A DNA stretch of 49,344 bases, taken from assembly GCA_023135905.1 (NCBI GenBank), contig JAGLSE010000003.1:1-49344 (forward strand). Direction: 5' to 3'. Every line of letters starts with the position of its first letter. Position 1 is the stretch's first letter. This document shows, one piece after another, positions 39,613-47,885 of the stretch. The notes below the pieces were generated by a model. It was not told where the DNA came from. It saw only the letters and a program-made list of their open reading frames with translations, and searched no databases. Source of the DNA: Candidatus Omnitrophota bacterium (GTDB lineage: Bacteria > Omnitrophota > Gorgyraeia > Duberdicusellales > 4484-171). Made by a program: the position numbers and the translations under genes.

Positions 39613-40802
39613 ATTTAGAAATTAAAGATCTTGTTTTGAAGGGCCTTTTAGACGGCGCAAAGGCTTTTGTCGGACCGGAAACTGTTCAGTTTGATATAAC
39701 CAACAGATGCAATAATAATTGTTTATGCTGCTGGAGAAATTCTCCCCTTTTAGGTGAATCCAGCGAAGAGGATAAAAGGGAAAAAGAATTTGAGCTTCCT
39801 TTTTCGGTAATAAAGAAAACAATAGATGAGCTTAAGATAATGGGAACAAAAAAAATATTTTTTGCCGGAGGAGGGGATCCCTTTGTTCATCCGAAAATTA
39901 TGAAAATATTGAGATACGCTAAAAAATGCAAAATGAAGATTTATATCAATACCAATTTTACATTAGTTGATAAAAAAAGAGCGAGAGAGTTAGTAAAACT
40001 TAAAGTAGATCATATACATGTGAGTGTTTTAGCCGGAAATTCAAAGACCTATTCTTTAGTTCATCCGAATAAGTCAGAGGAAATGTTTTGTAAAATAAAA
40101 AAAGTTTTAAAATACATCGCAGTCTTAAAAAAAAATAGGAGACAGCATCTTTATAATCCGTTACCCCATATTAACCTTTATTATGTTATTTTTAATAAGA
40201 ATTATAAAGATATTAATGAAATGGTTGATTTAGCCATATATGTAAAAAGCGATACTATGGAATTTACACCGATAGATGTTGTTGCTGGTAAGACCGATTC
40301 TTTACTGTTAGACGCCGAACAAATAAATTCGGTCACTAATGATGTGAAAAACAATATTGGACGGTTGAGAAAGTGCAATAAATCTCAGTCAGTTAAGATT
40401 AATATTGAACAGTCTGAAAATTTTTTAAAAAGGATCAACTCTTCTTTGGCTTTAGAAGGTAAATATGAATCAAAAACTGTGATTAATCAACCCTGTTATG
40501 TGGGTTGGGCTTTTGCCAGGATAACGGCTGATGGAGAAGTGAATCCTTGTTTAAAAGCACACCGGATATCAATAGGTAATATTTATAAAAACTCATTTGA
40601 GGAAATATGGAATAGTCCGGAAGAACAGGAGTTTAGAAGAAAATCATTTAATTTAAATTTAAATGATATATATTTAAAAGATATCGGGAATGACCCAAAT
40701 TTAACCTTTGGCTGTTTACAAAGTTGCGACAATCTTCAAATAAGCTTAGATATGAATAAAAAGTATATAGATATATTGAGAGGATATGGGAAAGTTAAAT
40801 AA
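39609..40802 (+). CDS. Radical SAM protein with twitch/SPASM-like C-terminus (triplet member 1)
   Basis: GPETVQFDITNRCNNNCLCCW, GGGDPF, CYVGW..GEVNPCLKAHR, CLQSCDN. Confidence 0.9.
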   Translation: MNLEIKDLVLKGLLDGAKAFVGPETVQFDITNRCNNNCLCCWRNSPLLGESSEEDKREKEFELPFSVIKKTIDELKIMGTKKIFFAGGGDPFVHPKIMKILRYAKKCKMKIYINTNFTLVDKKRARELVKLKVDHIHVSVLAGNSKTYSLVHPNKSEEMFCKIKKVLKYIAVLKKNRRQHLYNPLPHINLYYVIFNKNYKDINEMVDLAIYVKSDTMEFTPIDVVAGKTDSLLLDAEQINSVTNDVKNNIGRLRKCNKSQSVKINIEQSENFLKRINSSLALEGKYESKTVINQPCYVGWAFARITADGEVNPCLKAHRISIGNIYKNSFEEIWNSPEEQEFRRKSFNLNLNDIYLKDIGNDPNLTFGCLQSCDNLQISLDMNKKYIDILRGYGKVK

Positions 40803-42036
40803 AATAATTAAAGATAAAAACCAGTTGTTACTGATGATGGGGGTTTTACATTCATCCAAGGCTTTTGTTTCCCCGGAAGTTTTGCATTTAGATTTAACAA
40901 ATATGTGTAATTTTGATTGTATTGCTTGTTGGTGCAGATCTCCTTTGTTAAGGGATAAAGCTATGCCGGCTTGGGAAAGGAAATTGACTCTTCCTTTACC
41001 CTTATTAAAAAGTGTTTTTGATGATTTGTTTGAAATGGGAGGATTAAAACAGGTGAAATTGGTTGGAGGTGGAGAACCTTTTATGCACCCTGACATATTG
41101 GAGATTGTGGAATATATTAAAAACAATGATAAAAAAGTTCAGATAGATATAAATACTAATTTTAGTCTTGTTGATGAACTGATAGCTGAGAGATTAATAG
41201 CGTTAGGGGTTGATTCCTTAACGGTAAGTGTTTGGGCGGGAACTCCTGAGGTTTATTCCTCAGTTCATCCGAATCAAACTGAGGCGACTTTTGATAGAAT
41301 AAAGGAGGTTTTAATATTTCTTCATCAACTAAAAAAGAAACTTCAAGTCAACCATCCCAGGATAACAATACATAATGTTATTTTAAAATTAAACTATAGA
41401 GATATCTCCGAGATGATACAATTCGCGTTAGATACAGGTACTCATGATATACAATTTGTTCCTGTCGACCCTGTTAAAAGTAAAACAGAAGCTTTATTAT
41501 TGAGTGATAATGAAAAAGGAGAACTGCTTGATTTATTATATGAGATTAGAAAACGTTACGATTCAACATCTTTTCAATATACCGCGGAAGATAAGAGAAG
41601 AGTTGTTCTCAGTGATTTTGATGGATTTATAAGTCGAACTGAAAGATTAAATACCAAGAGTGGAGCCTATGATGAAGATATTATTGAGGAAATACCTTGT
41701 TATGTCGGCTGGCTATTCGCGAGAATAATGACTACAGGTAATGTAGTCCCCTGCTGTAAGGGGCACAGAATGCCTATGGGCAATATAAATAAAAATAGGT
41801 TTAAAGATATTTGGAATTCAGATACTTATAATAATTTTAGACACAAAGGCATTAATTATCCTAAAAGTCATGGTTATTTTTCCAGGATGGGGAATAAGGC
41901 AGTCTCAAAGACAGGTTGCTATAATTGCGATAATCTTTGGCAAAATATTCCTATGCAGAATAAAATTAATTTGTTAAGAAAGGAACATCCTAAGCTATTT
42001 AAGCTTAGTAAATTTTTTCTTAAAAAAATTATTTGA
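40786..42036 (+). CDS. Radical SAM protein with twitch/SPASM-like C-terminus (triplet member 2)
   Basis: DLTNMCNFDCIACW, GGGEPF, CYVGW..GNVVPCCKGHR, CYNCDN. Confidence 0.9.
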   Translation: MGKLNKIIKDKNQLLLMMGVLHSSKAFVSPEVLHLDLTNMCNFDCIACWCRSPLLRDKAMPAWERKLTLPLPLLKSVFDDLFEMGGLKQVKLVGGGEPFMHPDILEIVEYIKNNDKKVQIDINTNFSLVDELIAERLIALGVDSLTVSVWAGTPEVYSSVHPNQTEATFDRIKEVLIFLHQLKKKLQVNHPRITIHNVILKLNYRDISEMIQFALDTGTHDIQFVPVDPVKSKTEALLLSDNEKGELLDLLYEIRKRYDSTSFQYTAEDKRRVVLSDFDGFISRTERLNTKSGAYDEDIIEEIPCYVGWLFARIMTTGNVVPCCKGHRMPMGNINKNRFKDIWNSDTYNNFRHKGINYPKSHGYFSRMGNKAVSKTGCYNCDNLWQNIPMQNKINLLRKEHPKLFKLSKFFLKKII

Positions 42037-42039
42037 TAT

Positions 42040-43194
42040 ATGATTTTTAAAGTTATTAGAAAAGCATTCTTAAAGGAGAATAAAAGAAGATATTTAAATT
42101 TAAAGGGCATTGTTTCAAAACATTATGCCTATAAAGGTCCGGATGTAGTTCAAATAGATTTGACTGATAAATGCAATAGTCATTGTCTTGTATGTTGGGA
42201 ACACTCCCTTATTAAAGAAAAAGAGAGAGAGACCGATTTTTGCAGTCTTGATTTTTACAAGGTTAAAGATTTTATAAGAGATATTGCTAAACTAGGGGCT
42301 AGGGAAGTAATCTTTTCTGGAGGGGGGGAACCTTTTTGTTACCCTAATATTTGGAAAGTATTAGAATGGACCCAGCTACAGGGGTTAAATTTTCATATAA
42401 ACACGAATTTTACTTTATTAGGGAAAGAAGAGATCCGTGAACTTTTGAGTTTCAATAAATTATCTTCTTTGACAATTAGCCTTTGGGGTGGAACATTTGA
42501 ATTGTATTCAAAACTTCATGGCAGAGAAGAAGACGTATTTTATAAGCTTAGAGATAATATTAAATTTTTGAATCAGGTTAAACCTCGAAGTCTTTATGTA
42601 AAGACAGTGGCTATCGTTAATAAAATCAATTATTTGAATTTGCAAGATTTATTAGATTTTATCGCAGAAATCGGATGTATTAATATAGAATTTGGAGTCT
42701 GTGATGTCATCCCCGGTGAAACCGATTCATTTTTATTGAATAAATATCAACTTAGTTTATTGAGGGCGAATTTTATTGGATTAGTTAAAAATATAAAAAA
42801 AAAGAGGTATAAGATTAAAATAGTTAATAAAGAAAGATTTTTGAAAAGAATTTCAAATCCAAGTGCTTGCTATGGCGAATATGATAGTTATGTCAAAGGA
42901 ACACTTTGTTATTCCGGCTGGCTTTTTTTAAGATTAAGGGCTAATGGGGATTTCAATTCATGTCTAAAGTCTCACCGTATTCCAATAGGGAATTTATACA
43001 ACGAGGGCATTTTTTCAGTATGGAATAATTTATTGCAGCAAAAATTTCGAAGGGAATCTTTGTGTATCCCTAAGAATGAGGAGTATTTTAAGTTTATAGG
43101 TAATGGTAATGGTGATAATGTTGGCTGTAAACGCATATGTGATAATATTTCTGTAAATGAATATGTTGATAAGGTTGCAAGATACTTTTTATGA
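42040..43194 (+). CDS. Radical SAM protein with twitch/SPASM-like C-terminus (triplet member 3)
   Basis: GPDVVQIDLTDKCNSHCLVCW, SGGGEPF, CYSGW..GDFNSCLKSHR, CKRICDN. Confidence 0.9.
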   Translation: MIFKVIRKAFLKENKRRYLNLKGIVSKHYAYKGPDVVQIDLTDKCNSHCLVCWEHSLIKEKERETDFCSLDFYKVKDFIRDIAKLGAREVIFSGGGEPFCYPNIWKVLEWTQLQGLNFHINTNFTLLGKEEIRELLSFNKLSSLTISLWGGTFELYSKLHGREEDVFYKLRDNIKFLNQVKPRSLYVKTVAIVNKINYLNLQDLLDFIAEIGCINIEFGVCDVIPGETDSFLLNKYQLSLLRANFIGLVKNIKKKRYKIKIVNKERFLKRISNPSACYGEYDSYVKGTLCYSGWLFLRLRANGDFNSCLKSHRIPIGNLYNEGIFSVWNNLLQQKFRRESLCIPKNEEYFKFIGNGNGDNVGCKRICDNISVNEYVDKVARYFL

Positions 43195-43227
43195 TTTTAA
43201 GTATGTATTTTAAATAAGGCAAGCGAA

Positions 43228-43347
43228 ATGCGAAAAAAGAAAAAGTTTTTTCTTATATTTTTTTTATTTATTATAGCATTAGTCATGGATATAATTTTTT
43301 TTATATTAAAAAAAATTAGGAATACAACTTTTTTCCCCGGAGCTTAA
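43228..43347 (+). CDS. Possible 39-aa single-TM membrane peptide (not in the ORF track)
   Basis: MRKKKKFFLIFFLFIIALVMDIIFFILKKIRNTTFFPGA*; its stop ends 1 nt before the GT4 ATG. Confidence 0.35.
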   Translation: MRKKKKFFLIFFLFIIALVMDIIFFILKKIRNTTFFPGA

Positions 43348-43348
43348 T

Positions 43349-44524
43349 ATGAATATATTGATGATACATCCTCACGATATTTATTCTCAATCTGAGCCGT
43401 GGACTATACGTATAAAAAGAATTGCCGCTGAGTTTATAAAAAAAGGGCATTCGGTTAAATTAGTTTATTTCCCTGAGGATAAAAAAAACGCATACAAAAG
43501 AGATGTGGAGAATAATATCGAAATATTTTCTATGAATAGAATTGTTAGTAGTTTTGTGTTTTTTCGTAATATTATAAATATAGTTAAGTTGGCTCAGGAA
43601 TGCGATATTATTCATTTTCAAAAGTGTCATTACACTGCGTCTCTCCCGGCATTAATTGCGGCATTTATTTGTGATAAACCTATTCACTATGATTGGGATG
43701 ATTGGGAGACAAAAATATTTTATTATTCAAATCCTCATCAGAAATTTGTTGGAGAATTTATTAATATGTTTGAAAAATTAATCCCTCAAGTAGTGGATAC
43801 AGTGTCTGTGTCAAGTAGTTATATCAATGATCTTTGTGTGAAAAGGGGAGTAAACCCCGAAAATATTTTTTTCGCGCCAGTGGGGGCAGATGTAAGAAAA
43901 AGTGAAAATAACAGTCATAATAATGAAAAGATTAGGGAGAAATATGGTGTTTTTAATAAACTTGTGTTGTACGTAGGCCAGCTTCATGGAGGCCAATATG
44001 CCGAGTTATTCGTTAAAGCCGCGCATATAGTTGTTGAGAGCGGATTTGACGCGACCTTTATGATATTAGGTGACGGCTATAGGCTTAGTGAGTTAAAACG
44101 GTTAGCTGTAAAGCTTAATATTGAAAGCCGTTGTATTTTTCCCGGGGCGGTTAAGCATAAGATTGTATCGGAATATATTTTAGCAGCGGATGTATGTGCC
44201 GCTTGTTTTGAGGACAATGAGATAACCCGATGTAAGAGCCCTCTAAAGATTGTGGAGTATTTAGCTTGCGGTAAGCCCATTGTTGCCAGCAATGTCGGAG
44301 AGGTTAGAAATATGGTGGGGGGGGTTGGAGTTCTTGTAGAACCGGGCAGTTCAAAATTATTGGCGCATGGTATAATGAATTTGTTGAAAAATGATACATT
44401 AAGGGAAAATTTAAGCGAATGGGGCAAAGAAAGGATTTCTCGAAAATATAATTGGGAAGCGACAGCTAATAGTATATTTAAAGCTTATGAACGAGGTCTT
44501 AAAAAAAATAAAGTTAAATTATAA
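43349..44524 (+). CDS. GT4 (GT-B) glycosyltransferase
   Basis: LYVGQL, ILGDG, KSPLKIVEYLACGKPIVASNVGE, YNWE. Confidence 0.92.
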   Translation: MNILMIHPHDIYSQSEPWTIRIKRIAAEFIKKGHSVKLVYFPEDKKNAYKRDVENNIEIFSMNRIVSSFVFFRNIINIVKLAQECDIIHFQKCHYTASLPALIAAFICDKPIHYDWDDWETKIFYYSNPHQKFVGEFINMFEKLIPQVVDTVSVSSSYINDLCVKRGVNPENIFFAPVGADVRKSENNSHNNEKIREKYGVFNKLVLYVGQLHGGQYAELFVKAAHIVVESGFDATFMILGDGYRLSELKRLAVKLNIESRCIFPGAVKHKIVSEYILAADVCAACFEDNEITRCKSPLKIVEYLACGKPIVASNVGEVRNMVGGVGVLVEPGSSKLLAHGIMNLLKNDTLRENLSEWGKERISRKYNWEATANSIFKAYERGLKKNKVKL

Positions 44525-44541
44525 TTAAAGGAGGGTATCCA

Positions 44542-44814
44542 ATGAGTGCACAAGATGATTTTAAGTCTATGACCGGAAAAGTGAATTCAGTTAGTGAACA
44601 TGAGGATGCTCCTTATACAATAGAAATTGAAACCAAATCTTTTTTATCTAGGAAAAATGATGCGGTTACTGTGGATCCTCGGTGCACTTTTTATAAATCA
44701 GATAAAAACCTTAAGGATATTGATATCATTGCTCGGGGCGATAACATTAAAATAACATATTTTATCCATGAAGGTATAAAAATAGCGATGAATGTTATTG
44801 TTATGCCTAAATAA
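44542..44814 (+). CDS. Small hypothetical beta-rich (OB-fold/DUF5666-like) protein
   Basis: SD GGAGG; TGKV..V, VDPRCTFYK, GDNIKITY, IAMNVIV; paralog of 45138. Confidence 0.65.
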   Translation: MSAQDDFKSMTGKVNSVSEHEDAPYTIEIETKSFLSRKNDAVTVDPRCTFYKSDKNLKDIDIIARGDNIKITYFIHEGIKIAMNVIVMPK

Positions 44815-45137
44815 TTTTTTTTGTCTTAGGATAATTAGTTGTACTAGGAATGAATTATATTAGAAAGTTATATGAAGTGAGGCGTTTAAGAGTGTTAAAT
44901 TAAAGAAAAAGTTTGTATAATATGAATTATCAAAAGAAGAAATTAGATGAAAGGAATAATTTCTTAAGTTATATGCCGGGTGTATCTTGTATAAAGAAAA
45001 CAAAATTGAAAAATTGTAGATATTTTTAATTACGTATCTAATTGGATATTATGAAAAATTATAAGAGGAGGTGTAAGAAGTAAGGTGATGGAGAGTTTTT
45101 TAGTTAGAGAGAAAAGAAATAAAAAAGGAGGTTAAGA

Positions 45138-45494
45138 ATGAAAAGATGGATGTTTAGCGGTTTGATGATAATTTTATGTTTGGGTTTTAGTTTAAGAGTA
45201 TTTAGTCAAGAATTAGATTTTAAAATTTTGGGTGCGGAGGTTCTTGAAGTAAGATTGAAAGATAACCCACATACAATGAGAGTCGTCACTCAGCTGAAAT
45301 ATAAGAGGGGAAAAGCAGTTGAAGAAGATTTAACCATAGACCCTCAATGTACTTTTTATAAAGGAGATGAAAAACCTAAAACAATAGCAATACTAAAACC
45401 TGAAGATATGGTGGAAATTACTTATACAGTAAGTAAAGGTATTAAAATAGCTTTTAATATAATAGTTTTACCTGAAGAAGAGGTTGTAGAATAA
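45138..45494 (+). CDS. Small exported hypothetical protein, paralog of 44542
   Basis: SD AAGGAGG; Sec-type signal peptide; IDPQCTFYK, EDMVEITY, GIKIAFNIIV. Confidence 0.75.
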   Translation: MKRWMFSGLMIILCLGFSLRVFSQELDFKILGAEVLEVRLKDNPHTMRVVTQLKYKRGKAVEEDLTIDPQCTFYKGDEKPKTIAILKPEDMVEITYTVSKGIKIAFNIIVLPEEEVVE

Positions 45495-45999
45495 AAAATT
45501 TTTTAAAAACAGGGCAAGGAAAATTGATAACTTTTAGTTTGCAGATTTTAAATAAATATTCATATAAAAGACTTAATTGGTAATGAGTTTCGTGAAATAG
45601 CATTTTGCAATTTGAGGTTTATATTTTAAGTAAATACAGACTGCTCTATGGGTTTGAATAGGTAGAGTAATATGTGGTCAATTCCCCCCCCTAACAATTA
45701 TATTTTTAAATTTTATAAGCTGTTTGAATATGATTGTTTAATAGATAGTGGTTATATTTAGATTGTAAATTAATATATTAATTTAAATAAGTTGATACTC
45801 AATTTTAGAAGGTATTCCTTGATATAAAAAAAATATTGGATCTCTAGGATGATTTATCATTTTAATTAAATAAATAAACACGATTTTATTGAAAGGAGTA
45901 TAAGGGGTAGAATAATCGGTAGATTTTATTTTAACAGGTAAAATATTCTAAAGGACAGTTAAGTTGATGAATATTTATGGTTTAATTTAAGGATTTAAA

Positions 46000-47739
46000 A
46001 TGATATATAATTTGTTTGGGATGTTAACTAAAAATTTAGGCAAGATAATTACTGTTCTTAAAAGAAAAACTCATTTTATTTTTATATTTTTTTTATGGTT
46101 TTTGACAGCCATATCCCAATTAATATTTCTTAGGTTAGATAGGCTTCCCCCTTTGGGGGATGGCATTCGATTTATATTAAGGGGAATGGAGCTTTTTATG
46201 ATTAATTCGCAAATAGGACTCTGGGAGTTTATAAAAGAAGTTTTTAAAGTAGTGGATTCGGGGCCACCTTTTGTGGATATTACTTATTTTCTTTATTATA
46301 AATTGTTTGGGTTTTCTACGGAAATGGAGTTAATTGTTAATTCGCTATACTTGGGAGCAGGTATTATAGGGGTATATGGAATAGGTAAATATTTTTTCAA
46401 TAGAAATACGGGAGTATTGGCAGTTTTGATTTTTACTACCTTACCCGGAGTTTTAATATTTAATAATTTGGGTTATCGAGAATTCCATATAATGTGTATA
46501 GTTGCTTTAACCTTATATTTTTTGTTCTATTCAGATAATTTTGCTAATGGAAAATTTTCTATTTTGTTTGGGGCATCTTTAGGTTTGTTATTTATGATTA
46601 AATATCAAGGACTTATTTTTGTAGCTGTACCGATTTTTAAAACATTAGCAGATGTTATTTATAAAAGATTTTTTTTAAAGAAGGAATCTAAGGGTTTATT
46701 TTTTAATATAACAATAAGTCTGACCCTTTTTTTTATTATTGGATTGTTCTGGTATGTTGTGAATTGGAGAAGCTTTTTTAATATTATGAAGAATAGAATT
46801 AATAATCTTCCGTCCGGAGATTTTATTTTTACAATAAAAAATTTATTTTTTTACTCAAAAGGCTTATTTGATGGAATGTTGTATCGAGTTTATTCTTTTT
46901 TGTTTATTGGGATAGGACTATGTAATATGTTTATTTGCATAAGGAAAAAAAATATAATTAATCATTCTAAGAATATTTTAATTATTTATTTTTATTTTAT
47001 GATACCATTTTTATTTTTTACGTTTTTAGGATTAAAAGAATACTCACATATGTTGCCTTTGTTGCCATTTATTAGCGTAGTTATAGCTGGAGGTTACAAT
47101 TTAATAATAAATAAATATTTCAAGAAGGGTTTTTTTATAATTATAATTTTTATGCATATAATACCTATTTATATATCACCTATATTAAAAATTTTTTGTC
47201 GAACAAACGGTTGTTTTGCGGCCGATACAATGAGTCCGATAGATAAATTTATTTATAGGTTTACTTATGAAGACCCTATTAAAAGACCATATTCTATTAA
47301 TATTGAAGAATGGGATTCTAAAATTAAAGGTATACTCCAATTCATTAAGAATGATTATTTAATTGGTTCAACTAGTAGCAACGATAGTAATAATAAACCT
47401 AGAGTTTTGTTATTAGCAAATAGTTTAGTCTTTAGATTTTTTCAACTTGAATATTACAATAATTTAGAAGGAAAACCAGTAAACTTGATTTCAATAATTT
47501 TTCCAATAGGTCCTGAGCCGAAGGATCCGGAAAAACATATTTTTGGGAATAATTATGATTACCTTTTGATGGAAACCGCGGAAGATTTCATCCATGGCCA
47601 AGAAGATAAAATATTAAAAGATACATTAGCTTTTATTCGGGATAATATCGATAGAGTGAATAAAAAATACATTTTGATTGGTGAATTTGTATTGCCTGGA
47701 GAATCCACAAAGGCATTAGTATATAAAAGAATCAACTGA
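46000..47739 (+). CDS. GT-C membrane glycosyltransferase (ArnT/PMT_2-like)
   Basis: DRLPPLGD, PPF, YGIGKYFFN..TGVLA, LGLLFMIK, WY..N, LPLLPF; many transmembrane segments. Confidence 0.82.
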   Translation: MIYNLFGMLTKNLGKIITVLKRKTHFIFIFFLWFLTAISQLIFLRLDRLPPLGDGIRFILRGMELFMINSQIGLWEFIKEVFKVVDSGPPFVDITYFLYYKLFGFSTEMELIVNSLYLGAGIIGVYGIGKYFFNRNTGVLAVLIFTTLPGVLIFNNLGYREFHIMCIVALTLYFLFYSDNFANGKFSILFGASLGLLFMIKYQGLIFVAVPIFKTLADVIYKRFFLKKESKGLFFNITISLTLFFIIGLFWYVVNWRSFFNIMKNRINNLPSGDFIFTIKNLFFYSKGLFDGMLYRVYSFLFIGIGLCNMFICIRKKNIINHSKNILIIYFYFMIPFLFFTFLGLKEYSHMLPLLPFISVVIAGGYNLIINKYFKKGFFIIIIFMHIIPIYISPILKIFCRTNGCFAADTMSPIDKFIYRFTYEDPIKRPYSINIEEWDSKIKGILQFIKNDYLIGSTSSNDSNNKPRVLLLANSLVFRFFQLEYYNNLEGKPVNLISIIFPIGPEPKDPEKHIFGNNYDYLLMETAEDFIHGQEDKILKDTLAFIRDNIDRVNKKYILIGEFVLPGESTKALVYKRIN

Positions 47740-47885
47740 GCACACATATTTTTTTAAGATAATAAATAGAGGCGTCTTTCAATTTAATAGTTTAATAATA
47801 AATTATTAAAATTGAATATTAAGTAGCAAAATAACATTTTAGCTTTTTAGAATTAGGCATCGGACAATTTATAATAAAAAAAGAT

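Noticed and set aside
44900-45135. Tiny ORFs (MKNYKRRCKK, MESFLVREKRNKKGG) and a lone TATAAT at 44916
   Set aside because: Too short, with no supporting -35 element or precursor-like features.
45640-45700. tRNA-like fragments (GGTAGAG ... GGTCAATTCCCC)
   Set aside because: No TTC T-loop, no anticodon arm and no pairing acceptor stem could be built.
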